Below, one piece after another: positions 13,036 to 24,539 of a stretch of 64,000 nucleotides of DNA. Source of the stretch: Octopus sinensis (lineage: Eukaryota); the NCBI RefSeq assembly GCF_006345805.1, contig NC_042998.1, positions 21,452,001 through 21,516,000 on the forward strand. Reading direction: 5' to 3'. Under the pieces are notes generated by a model that ran no database searches, was not told the origin of the DNA, and was given only the letters and a program-made list of their open reading frames with translations. Made by a program: the position numbers and the translations under genes. Numbering within the stretch: the first letter of the stretch is position 1; each line of letters begins with the position of its first letter.

Positions 13036-13185
13036 ATATATAATTAAAATTTATAGGTTTAAATTATTTAAATAATTTTTAAATTTTAACTTTTATATTT
13101 TTAAATTAATTTTATGTATTGGCTTATGTTTTTCACTGTTATATTTGCCTAGTAGTGGTTTTATCTCTAATTTAATATAATATAT
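12290..13185 (+). mobile_element. Very AT-rich PLE-type terminal repeat family X with an extended-stem-II hammerhead (12708-12805)
   Basis: aac-CTGAAGA-long stem II-GAAA-ccatc-GTA-gtg; reverse-complement homologue at 48730-49700; shared end agtggttttRtctc then (AT)n with 2860-2880 and 50340-50360. Confidence 0.6.
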
Positions 13186-13199
13186 ATATATATAATATA

Positions 13200-13243
<44 letters not shown>

Positions 13244-13283
13244 TATATATATTTAAAAAAGGAGATGTGGAACACGAGTTGTG

Positions 13284-13614
13284 ATATATAAAAAGGAAAT
13301 GAAGAAAATGCTGACAAAATAATTTAAGTAATTTAATTAGGTGAAAGTTCTTTTTACCGGTTGCGCATTTGTTATGCTTATCAAAATTTTTTTAAGAGAG
13401 AAAGAGTTCCTTTCTGATAGATTTTTTACCGCAACCGGTAAAAAGAACTTTCCTCTTAAGAGGAAAAATTCTATCAGAAAGGAACTCTTTCTCTCTTAAA
13501 AAAATTTGATAAGCATAACAAATGCGCAACCGGTAAAAAGAACTTTCACCTAATTATATTACTTAAATTACTTAAATTATTTTGTCAGCATTTTCTTCAT
13601 TTCCTTTTATATAT
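13284..13614. repeat. Near-perfect foldback (~140-bp arms, ~40-nt loop)
   Basis: aaggaaatgaagaaaatgctgacaaaat...tttctgatag versus ctatcagaaa...attttgtcagcattttcttcatttcctt. Confidence 0.9.
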
Positions 13615-13987
13615 ATATGCATGTGGTTGTGTATATGTTTGTGTGTCTGTGATTATCTCCCCAACACCGATTGACAACCGATGCTGGTGTGTTTACGTCC
13701 CCATAACTTAGCGGTTCGGCAAAAGAGACCTATAGAATAAGTACTAGGCTTACAAAGAATAAGTCTTGGGGTCGATTTGCTCGACTAAAGGTGGTGCACC
13801 CGCATGGCCACAGTCAAATGACTGAAACAAGTAAAAGAGTAAAAAGGGTAAAAGAGTAAATTTACAAAATAATATTGAAAGTCAGCAACCAGCATATAAC
13901 ATTTGTTGATTAATTAAATTGATGAGGAATGCACATTTTGAAATATTGCTTATGGAAACCAATTTCTTTTTTCACATAACACAAAAG

Positions 13988-14202
13988 CTGAGGTACCGAA
14001 AGATGATCCACCGAAATACTGTGAACTTTTTGGGTATTCATCTGAATATCCACCACCACCTCCATATACACTGCAGCCTATACCCTCATCAGAACCAATA
14101 CATACCGGTTACCAGTCACAACCACCAGAGCTCGAACACCCGTCACAACAGGCAATTGATTGCAATATAATTTTTCCAGAGCAACCACAAAATACTGATA
14201 CT
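13988..14202 (+). CDS. Dispanin gene A coding exon 2, Pro/Tyr-rich (PPKY, PPPY); start uncertain (ancestral acceptor at 13976 reads AC)
   Basis: Open frame EVPKDDPPKYCELFGYSSEYPPPPPYTLQP...QPQNTDT|gtaagc; homologous to 61618-61937 including the upstream intron. Confidence 0.7.
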
Positions 14203-14248
14203 GTAAGCGACTATTTTTTCTTATTATTCTACATTTTACTGCTTATGA

Positions 14249-14568
14249 GTGGACGCGCAATGGCCCAGTGGCCCAGTGGTTAGGGCAGTGGGCTCGCGGT
14301 CGTAGGATCGCGGTTTCGATTCCCAGACCGGGCGTTGTGAGTGTTTATTGAGCGAAAATACCTAAAAGCTCTACGAAGCTCCGGCAGGGGATGGTGCTGA
14401 TCCCTACTGGACTCTTTCACCACAACTTTCTCTCACTCTTTCTTCTGTTGACCTGCTCGCTTAGCCAGCGGTGTGGCATCATTTGAAGGCTAAAACAATG
14501 TGAAGCGCATTGTGACCAGCGATGTGTAGCAATATCTGATAGCCTGGTCGGTCACGTGATCACGTGAT
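14249..14568 (+). mobile_element. tRNA-derived SINE, head H1 with a different tail (T2)
   Basis: Same first ~200 nt as 7554 and 15987, then acctgctcgcttagcc...gatcacgtgat; absent from the homologous intron of gene B. Confidence 0.8.
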
Positions 14569-14898
14569 CACTGTTCTAGAACTATTTATCCTAAACAGCG
14601 ATCTTAAGTTTAGCAAGTTTTAGTCATCAAAAAGGTGACTATACTAGAAAATCATCTTTAAGAATTTTTAGTCAGTCACATCATTATATGGAGCACAATA
14701 AATGATTTAGTTTGGAATTTCTTTCATCAATCTTTTGTCAAAGGATGACAGGTTCTCTACTTTCATCGAGAGTCTCCAATCACTGGATTAAATATCTTAC
14801 AGACCTGGCCTTCATTATTTTATGTTCTAAAATAATGTCATCATTCCAAGGTTGACAAATTAAGTTCCTGTCACATAATCAATTTGATATATTTCTTA

Positions 14899-15257
14899 CT
14901 AGCAGTATCGCCCGGCGTTGCTCGGGTTTGTAAGGGAAATAACTATAAAGCATTTTTAGAGAGTTATAGCCAAAAAATGGAAAACAAATGATGGTAAAGG
15001 TCGAGGTCGAGTTGCGTCCCCTAGACAGTCTGTGGTTTGTGTTTCTGATTCTCGACCCCATGTCGAATTTATCGAATTTTTTCAGAACTGGGGGAACTTT
15101 TCAAAATTTTCGCTGCGTTAGTTTTGAATTATGACTTTGGGCTATCTGTGTATCAAGTTTCATCAGAATCGGTTGAAAGCCGTGGTCAGGGTGAGGGTAC
15201 AACCTAACAGACACACAGAAACACACACAGACAAACTGCCGTTTATATATAGAGAGA
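14899..15257 (-). mobile_element. Non-autonomous Helitron (further copies 15451-15845 -, 36562-36956 +, 43295-43589 +, 45588-45969 -, 45988-46623 -, ~60110-60510 +)
   Basis: 5'-TC start, subterminal cccgagcaacgccggg hairpin, CTAG 3' end, A|T target with no TSD. Confidence 0.8.
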
Positions 15258-15986
15258 TGATACGTGTTTGCAGATTTGTACCAATGAAAGAAATTATCAT
15301 TTACAATGAAATGTAGAGAGAAATTAGTATTTACATTAGATAAATAAATCACGTGGGGTTAAGGAATATTCCAAAATTAAGAAAAGTTATCATTTTAATT
15401 TTAATGTACATATATTTTATCTTCAAAACATCGTTTCATTATAGTAAACACTAGCAGTATCGCCCGGCATTGCTCGGGTTTGTAAGGGAAATAACTATAT
15501 AAGCATTTTTAGAGATGTAAAGTATAATAGCCATCTCAATATGGCTAACCACAAGGGGGGGTGTTACTGTAGCTTTTTTACGTTCTGAGATTTAATAATA
15601 AATTTTTAGAGAGTTACTTCCCTTATATATGCCAAAAATGCATTAAAAATGGGAAAAATTGATGGTAAATTTTTTTTTTATCGTAGACTCATCGTAGACG
15701 CGCGCTAATACCCAGAAGGGCTCGATATGAATCACGACTATAAGATACCCGGTTTTTGTTAAACTGCACCGCTAAATGTGGGAGTAGTTAGGAATCTAAA
15801 TCGTAGGAGACAGACAGCACACAATCTCACTTTTATATATAAAGATTTCAGAAAGCATTTACGGGCACCTTGACAACTAGAATTTACTGCCAGAAGAGAA
15901 ATGTTTCAGGAAGAAAGCTAGAGGAACGCATGATTTATTATACATAGACAAAGCATTGCTTCCATACTAATAGTAAGCAAGTGATT

Positions 15987-16372
15987 GTGGAGGCGCAATG
16001 GCCCAGTGGTTAGGGCAGCGGACTCGCGGTCATAGGATCGCGGTTTCGATTCCCAGACCGGGCGTTGTGAGTGTTTATTGAGCGAAAACACCTAAAAGCT
16101 CCACGAGGCTCCGGCAGGGATGGTGGTGATCCCTGCTGTACTCTTTCACCACAACTTTCTCTCACTCTTTCTTCCTGTTTCTGTTGTACCTGTATTTCAA
16201 AGGGCCGGCCTTGTCACTCTCTGTGTCACGCTGAATATCCCCGAGAACTACGTTAAGGGTACACGTGTCTGTGGAGTGCTCAGCCACTTACACGTTAATT
16301 TCACGAGCAGGCTGTTCCGTTGATTCGGATCAACCGGAACCCTCGTCGTCGTAACCGACGGAGTGCTTCCAT
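15987..16372 (+). mobile_element. tRNA-derived SINE (H1+T1) with TSD
   Basis: Flanked by the aagcaagtgatt direct repeat. Confidence 0.85.
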
Positions 16373-17085
16373 CCAAGCAAGTGATTGTTTATAATTGCTA
16401 GCTGTATTACTCTTGCTTTTATCTTTCATAAGGAGTATTGTCCTCCCTTTAATCATCCAATCTGGTATTATTCCTCCATTAAGGCAACCCTGAAGTTGTT
16501 CTTTCAGCCTCCCCTGTAAACTACTAAACATCTTTAGACCGTACTCTTGAAATAAATCTGGTTCAGGGCCCTTCCAATTCGGCATTTTCCAAACACTTTA
16601 CTCATTAATGAACTAGTCAGTCTTGCTGCTAGCTTCTCACTCACTAATTCTTCCCTCACTTTCTTTAACCATACGGCATCTCCATTATGATTGACTGGCT
16701 TATCCCAAATATTACTCCAGAACATTCTAGCTTCCTCTGCATTAAGTTTTGTATCTTGAGTATTTTCAGCTCCACTACTTATTTGGTTATAAAATATCTT
16801 TGATCTGTCTCAAATAATCTATTCTGTTGATAATGACCTATTCTTTTCTGATATCTGGAAAGCTTACCTGCTGCTGCTATGATACACTGTTTCAACTCTT
16901 CTATCACTGTCCCAAATCCTTTCAGTTCGACTAAGTATTTTTTCTCAAGAGAAAATTTATATCTTATGTTTCCTAGTTTTCAGTTTTCATGCTTCTATTC
17001 AGATTTGTCTTAAAGTCTTCACTTTATTCTGTCATCATTTTCCACGTTTGCTCTTTTCTAATCTTCCCTTGTGGAATATCTTCTT

Positions 17086-17410
17086 AAAAGACTCCGCCGG
17101 TTACGACGACGAGGGTCCCAGCTGATACGATCAACGGAACAGCTTGCTCGTGAAATTAACGTGCAAATGGCTGAGCATTCCACAGACACGTGTACCCTTA
17201 ACGTAGTTCTCGGGGATAATCAGCGTGACACAGAGAGTGACAAGGCTGACCCTTTGAAATACAAGTACAACTCATTTTTGCCAGCTGAGTGGACTGGAGC
17301 AACGTGAAATAAAGTGTCTTGCTCAAGGACACAACGCGTCGCCGGGAATCGAACTCACAACCTTACGATCATGAGCCGAATGCCCTAACCACTAAGCCAC
17401 GCGCCCTCAC
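17086..17410 (-). mobile_element. tRNA-derived SINE, head H4 + tail T1, with TSD
   Basis: Head gcgtggcttagtggttagg...gagttcgattcc; tail shared with 7554; tgtggaatatct on both flanks. Confidence 0.8.
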
Positions 17411-18347
17411 AATGTGGAATATCTAGTCTTCTAGTAATTACTATACCTCTTCCATAGAGTAATAAGTTAGTATCTCCTATACTGTTAGTATTTATCCTAT
17501 TGGTAACAGAGTTTACAGCCCTATTCATATCTTGCAACTTCATTCTGATAGTACGATTTAATTATAGCAATAGTTTTCTTCTTTTCTCATTACTTCCTTC
17601 AACTCATCTAAAATATTCTGATGTTCCTTACTGAAATCACTTAAATCGCTGGTGCTAGTAGTCTTAAATCCTTTCTCTTTGACTAAGTATCTTTTCTCGA
17701 GGGAAGATTTGCTTCGTGTGGTTCCTAACTTATTGGCTTTCCAGGCTTCTTTGCTACTCAGATATTTTCGTAAAGTCTTCACTTTATTTTGTAATCTCCT
17801 TTTCCACATTTGCTCTTTTTTAGTCTTTCTCTGTGAGATATCTAATCTTCTGGTGACTACTACCCCTCCTGCATAAATCAATAAAGTAGTAACTCGTATA
17901 TTTTTAGTATCTATCCCTAGTCATTTCTAGCAGCTTCTTTCTGTTGGTGCCTTTTAATGCTGGTAATATTTTTCTTACTTCTTTACACAATACTTCATGC
18001 AACTCGTCTAAAATTTTCTGATCTTCCTCACTTAAATTACTTAAGTCGTTGGTGCCAGTTGTCCCTTCCTTGCTCCATCTACGCCATGTGTTGTGGTCCC
18101 TTTCTGGATATCGACAGGCTGGATCCGGGCCAGAATCTCTGAGCCTGCCGGGTGCGACACTGTCACCATTAATGGCTTCAGTTTCATTATCACCGTTATT
18201 AACAATATTTTGTTCTTTCGTAGTCATTCATATGAGGTAGCGATTATCAGGTTACGCAATTACCAGTGTTTTTATTGTGACACCATCATTGATGTATCAT
18301 TAATCAGGACATGGGGAGACTCCACCCGATTCCTTTCCCTATTATCA

Positions 18348-18401
<54 letters not shown>

Positions 18402-18411
18402 TATTATTATT

Positions 18412-18968
18412 GAGTGAGAGAGCAGTTCATGCCATCAAAGTGACACTGGGGTAAAATATACGAAGCCCAATATACCAATCATGACTACCCGTCTGATAAG
18501 GGTACACTAGGCACATGCATCACAACCATATGTGCGCGACATGGTGATCTCATATCAAGATAAACAGCACATGACCTTGCAGGTGGGGCCCAGTTAGAAT
18601 TTTCTTCAGGTTGAGTAGCCCATCCCGCTCAAAAGGTCCCTGAATAAGGGTTGTTTAAGGATGTTGAAAGAACCACCTATGTTTCCAGAGGTGAATTATT
18701 CAAACCCCAAAGAATCCTTCTTAACACATGGCTATGATGCTCCCCCACTGCTTCTGCTCGTGATCAGAGATGCACATATCGTCAGCCACTAAGGGACATG
18801 CTCAACTGGTTAAGGTCAAACAACTGACAAGCACATCTGTGGTATTGAGCAGAATATTTGCTGTAGCCCATCTTTTATACCAAGACAAAACAATGTACAT
18901 GATAACACTTCCAATCAGTTAAGATCAGAAGCCATGAGAGTCACTGCCTGGTACTGCATCAGGGCATA
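18412..18968 (-). mobile_element. Unclassified ~555-bp non-coding element embedded in (TAA)n
   Basis: Complex sequence with pure (ATT)n on both sides and no ORF; classification and orientation are inferred. Confidence 0.4.
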
Positions 18969-18985
18969 TTGGTACTGCATCAGGG

Positions 18986-19070
<85 letters not shown>

Positions 19071-19515
19071 CATTATTATTATCATTATCATTATCATCAC
19101 CATCATCAGTGATACAATTGTTTTTATTTCTTACTATTTGTCATTGTTATATTAACAGACTCAGAGGTTACACAGATGAGGAGGGTAATGGTAGTAGTGG
19201 TAGTTGGGCCTCAGATTCCTTTACTATCAGCATAGTCGTGGTTGGAGTATTAACAGCTGCAGCATATCCTTATTTTTATCATTATCCCCATCACCACCAC
19301 TACTATTATTTTGACCATTATTACTATTTCCATTTATTATTAAGAGATTTTATTAAATGTTCTTTATTTTCAACTTTTGTCCTGTACTTGCGATAATTAT
19401 AGACATATGGTTATTGGAGGAAGCAGCTTGGTGAATAGGTCAAACTCTACAGGTCTATAAATGGATTCGGCAGATAGTGAGGAAGTCAGCCACATTATTA
19501 TCATCATCATCATCA

Positions 19516-19562
<47 letters not shown>

Positions 19563-19637
19563 TATTATTATTATATCATCATCATTATTATTATTATTAT
19601 TATTATTATATTATCATTATTATTATTATTTTTATAG

Positions 19638-20000
19638 CGTGCTTTCACTTCACTACAGAGCACAGCTCTGTGTGCCTTGGGTATGTGCTGTGAGTTGTTG
19701 TGATGCTCTGATGGTTATTGTATGGAAAGTGTTCTGCGGAGGATGTGTGCAGTGCCTAGTAGTGCAATTTTCTGTATGTTATATGTGTTTGTAAGTCCTG
19801 GTGTTTTTGTTATGTATTTGTCTGAATATTTTTTATCATGCCTAATGCACCTACTATGATAGGAATTGTTTCTGTTTACAGATTCCACATTCTAGTTACC
19901 TCTATTTCCAGGTCTTTGTATTTTGAGAGTTTCTCCATTTCTTTTAGAGACACGTTGTCATCAGCCGGTATTGATACATCAATTAGAAAGCATTTTTTTT

Positions 20001-20064
<64 letters not shown>

Positions 20065-20084
20065 CATCATCATCATCATCATCA

Positions 20085-20119
<35 letters not shown>

Positions 20120-20169
20120 TATTATTATTATTATTATTATATCATCATCATCATTATATTATTATTATT

Positions 20170-20200
<31 letters not shown>

Positions 20201-20725
20201 CATCATTATTATTATTATTATTTAAGAGTTTTATTTTTATATCGTGCTTTCACTTCACTACCGAGTGCAGCTCTGTGTGCCTTGGGTATGTACTGTGTTT
20301 TGTTGTTATCATTATTATTATTATTTTTATAGCGTGCTTTCACTTCACTACCGAGCACAGCTCTGTGTGCCTTGGGTATGTGCTGTGAGTTGTTGTGATG
20401 CTCTGATGGTTATTGTATGGAAAGTGTTCTGCGGAGGATGTGTGCAGTGCCTAGTAGTGCAATTTTCTGTATGTTATATGTGTTTGTAAGTCCTGGTGTT
20501 TTTGTTATGTATTTGTCTGAATATTTTTTTATCATGCCTAATGCACCTACTATGATAGGAATTGTTTCTGTTTACAGATTCCACATTCTAGTTACCTCTA
20601 TTTCCAGGTCTTTGTATTTTGAGAGTTTCTCCATTTCTTTTAGAGACACGTTGTCATCAGCCGGTATTGATACATCAATTAGAAAGCATTTTTTTTTCAT
20701 TATTATTATATTATTATTATTATTA

Positions 20726-20758
<33 letters not shown>

Positions 20759-20775
20759 CATCATCATCATCATCA

Positions 20776-20837
<62 letters not shown>

Positions 20838-20995
20838 CATCATCATCATCATTATTATTATTATTATATTATTATTATTATTATTATTATTATCATTATA
20901 TTATTATTATTATTTAAGAGTTTTATTTTTATATCGTGCTTTCACTTCACTACCGAGTGCAGCTCTGTGTGCCTTGGGTATGTACTGTGTTTTGT
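19638..20995 (-). mobile_element. Stacked 3' ends of an R4/Dong-type LINE (19638-20000, 20238-20300, 20330-20700, 20928-20995)
   Basis: Restriction-like endonuclease tail [36 protein letters not shown]...IIVGALG; each copy ends in (TAA)n. Confidence 0.8.
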
Positions 20996-21032
20996 TGTTA
21001 TCATTATTATTATTATTACTATTACTATTATT

Positions 21033-21076
<44 letters not shown>

Positions 21077-21094
21077 ATCATTATTATTATTATT

Positions 21095-21126
<32 letters not shown>

Positions 21127-21130
21127 TATC

Positions 21131-21174
<44 letters not shown>

Positions 21175-21193
21175 CATCATCATTATTATTATC

Positions 21194-21242
<49 letters not shown>

Positions 21243-21618
21243 TCATTGTAAGGCGGTGTGCTGGTAGCATCATTAGCATGCCAGGCAAAATGTCTAGCGG
21301 TGTTTAATGCCTCTTTACGTTCTGAATTAAAATTCTGCTGCAGTTGACTTAGCATTTCATCCTTTCAAGGTCGATAAAATGAGTACCAGCTTAGCACTGG
21401 AGTCGATATAATCGACTATCCCAGTCCCCCCGGATTTCAAGCATTTCGCCTGTGGAAAAAAAATATTATTTTAATTATCATTGCGTCATCATCATTATTA
21501 TGATCTTCTCTATCTTCCTCTGTTGCTAATTCATCATCATCGTTATCATCATTATCATGAATGTGGTCATCATCATCCTAGATCATAATGAAATGTTTCT
21601 GATTTCTTCTCTTGTCAG

Positions 21619-21726
21619 ATGGTAAACCGTCACGGAGAGATTGGTGATAGTATGGTGTCAGCAGTTGCTGTCACTCTTTTCTGCTTTCCTCCAACAGGCA
21701 TTGCTGCTTTTGTATATTCATGGAAA
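21619..21726 (+). CDS. Dispanin gene A coding exon 3, first half of the CD225 domain
   Basis: ttcttctcttgtcag|[36 protein letters not shown]|gtaagt, 108 nt, phase 0/0; fits the CD225 pattern D..L...TL.C..P.GI.A..YS.K. Confidence 0.85.
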
Positions 21727-21958
21727 GTAAGTAAAATATAAACAATTCTTCAGACAAATTCGATTCATATACATAGTTTCTATCCAGTCGTGGCTGTGTG
21801 TTAAGAAGTTTGCTTCTCAGCAACATGGCCCCGATTTCAGTTTTACTGCATATTTCGCAAGTGTGTATATATATATATATATATATAATATATATATGTA
21901 TGTATGTATGCATGTATGTATGTATGTATGTGTATATATATATATACATATATATATG

Positions 21959-22066
<108 letters not shown>

Positions 22067-22079
22067 CATATATATATAC

Positions 22080-22110
<31 letters not shown>

Positions 22111-22145
22111 ATATATATATATATACATATATATATACATATATA

Positions 22146-22203
<58 letters not shown>

Positions 22204-22589
22204 TATATATATATATATATATATGTATATACACTCTTTTACTTGTTTCATTCATATGACTGTGACCGTGCTGCAGCACCGTCTTTAGACGAGCAAATCG
22301 ACCCCAGGACTTATTCTTTGCAAGCCTAGTACTTATTCTATCGGTCTCTTTTGCTGAACCGCTACGTTACGGGGACGTAAACACGCCAGCATCGGTTGTC
22401 AAGCGATGTGGGGGGGGGGAAAACACACACACATACATATATATAAACATATATACGACAGGATTCTTTCAGTTTCTATCTACCAAATCCACTCACAAGG
22501 CTTTGGTAGGCCCGAGGCTATAGTAGAAGACACTTGCCCAAGTTGCCGCGCAGTGGGTCTGAACCCGGAACCGTGTGATTTTAAAATAG

Positions 22590-24480
22590 TAATTTTCTAA
22601 ATTTTCTTTATTTAAATCTTCTACAGAAATTGTTTCTTTGCAGTGATAGATGAGGAAAACTGGTTTCAAATTCCCTGCACATCTCTCTATGTGTTCACTC
22701 AAAGGTATTTGTCTATACCTTGGGAAAGAGATCTGTTGCTTATACACTGTGGTTCTCCGTCCAAATGACATACTTGTCTCTCCTGTATAGCTGTGTCCAT
22801 AACCTGAACAAGTTATAACAGATTATGTTCACAGATGCACAAGTGGAATTTGTGCTAGACTTTTTCGTAACTAAGGAAAAAAATTAACATTGTTTTCCCA
22901 CCGTTGAAGTCAAGATCCGTTATAGCTGACCCAGCCTGTAAAATCCACCGCCTAAGCAACTCCCTCAACATCCTATTGAAACCCTTGTTGAAATATATCG
23001 AAAGCCTCATTAGAGACGATCGAAATATACTGAACCACCTACCAAAAACAACTAATGAAAAGAAGTTAACGGTTTCCTTGGATGTTATTAATCTTTACAC
23101 CAATATATCACATGACTATGGGATACAAGCAATAAAATTGTGGCTGGAAAAGTACCCCGAAGAACTTCCAGAATGCATTTTCTATTTGATGACACCTACA
23201 ACCGACAAAAATGTGATGTTGTAATGAGAATGAAAGCAGCCACTGTTCCTGCGAACTTAATAATGTGATACTTTGAATTCACTGTATATGAAGTGTCATT
23301 GCAAAAATATTAATACCAGTTCAACCAGAATATAAGAGAGAACTGGAAAAGATATTTGGATCACAGCTTTATCATTTGCAATGAGACCATTGATAAACTT
23401 TTGAATTTTAAATGAATACTAAATAGTATAAAACCAAACATTCAGTTTACAACGGGATACAGCAAAAAACAACTTCCTTTCTTAGATATTCTGATAAAAA
23501 AAAGTCAACAGCCAAATTGTATGTGACATTTATCATAAACCAGCGTACTCAAAGTAATATCTTCTGTTTAGCTCGTACCACCCGAAACACATCAAACGAA
23601 ATATTCCCTATAATTTAGCGAAAAGGATTTGCACAATAGTATTTAAAAGAAATACTCGGGACCTTCGTCTTCAAGACCTTAGAACAAAACTAAATCAGAG
23701 ACACTATCCACCATCATTTATTGATGATGGAATTAAACATGCCAAGAAAATAGGCATTCAAACACTAAGGGAAACAAAACGAAACACCCCACCCCATCTC
23801 AAAATACTTCTGCATATGTCGACTCACAAACTAGAAACAATGAGGCGTATAACACTATTGTACAAAATCTGCCAGTGCTCATTAGAGATAAATTCATTAA
23901 ATGTAAAACGTAACCCAAATCGCTGAAAAGACTACTGACAAATGAAAAGCAATATACAACCAAGGAACCAATGTTTAAAAATTATGGGTGTCCAAATTGT
24001 TGAACATGCCCCAACCTACTGGAAGTTTTGGAATTCCAATTCAAACAAGGAGAGAGGTTCACACAGTTAAGACCAACTTCGCTTGGCATCCGAGAAGTTA
24101 ATTTATGTTATAACTTGTTCAGGTTGTGGACACAACTACAAGCATGTCACTTAGACGGAGAACCACACTGCATAAAGAAGAGATCTGTTTCCCAAGGTAT
24201 AAACAGATACGTTTGAGTGATCACATAGAGAGATGTGCAGGGAATGTCCAACTAACATTCACAGTTTTCTCCATCTACCAGTTCAAAGAAACAATTTCTG
24301 TACAACATTTAAATAAAGAAAATTTATCGAAAATGCAGACCACGCCTAAATATAAGCGCATAATCAACTTTGGTCTTAGTATGTATTTTAATTCAAGATC
24401 ACATATCCTTCACTGTACATATTTCCACTCACTACTTTCGGTCATGAGTTTTTGTGTTTATATCCCAATCCAAAATGAGC
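22590..24480 (+). mobile_element. Degenerate Penelope-like element (RT + GIY-YIG) with an inverted copy of its 3' coding part at 22590-22830
   Basis: SLDVINLYTNI and KRYLDH..LPFLDI motifs; 22590-22830 is the reverse complement of ~24095-24330. Confidence 0.8.
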
Positions 24481-24539
24481 AATTATTTCCCCTGTCCCGA
24501 ACAATAACTATCATCATTACCTCCCTTGGAATTTTTCTA

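Larger units (their letters stand above)
15850..18330 (-). mobile_element. Fragmented R4/Dong-type non-LTR retrotransposon (5' region to RT start; small inverted RT piece at 15850-15965), interrupted by SINEs
   Basis: PNWKGPEPD...IPDWMIKGRTILLMKDKSKSNTASNYK and WKRRLQNKVKTLRKYLS; + strand FRKKARGTHDLLYIDK. Confidence 0.7.
18340..21245. repeat. (ATT/ATC)n trinucleotide field hosting several insertions
   Basis: Direct reading; source of the poly-I/L/Y/H pseudo-ORFs. Confidence 0.95.

Noticed and set aside
12290-13185. Extremely AT-rich tract as a mitochondrial insertion (also 48730-50360)
   Set aside because: No mitochondrial gene or tRNA recognisable; carries hammerhead motifs and repeat-family termini
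13919-14170. ORF-track protein MMRNAHFEIL... (and the MRNVHFEIP start of 61563-62036)
   Set aside because: The upstream part is intron ending in a polypyrimidine tract; the frame is not conserved between paralogues, whereas the spliced PPxY frame is
18915-21355. Poly-I/L/Y/H/N/D ORFs
   Set aside because: Translations of (ATT/ATC)n arrays and antisense LINE fragments
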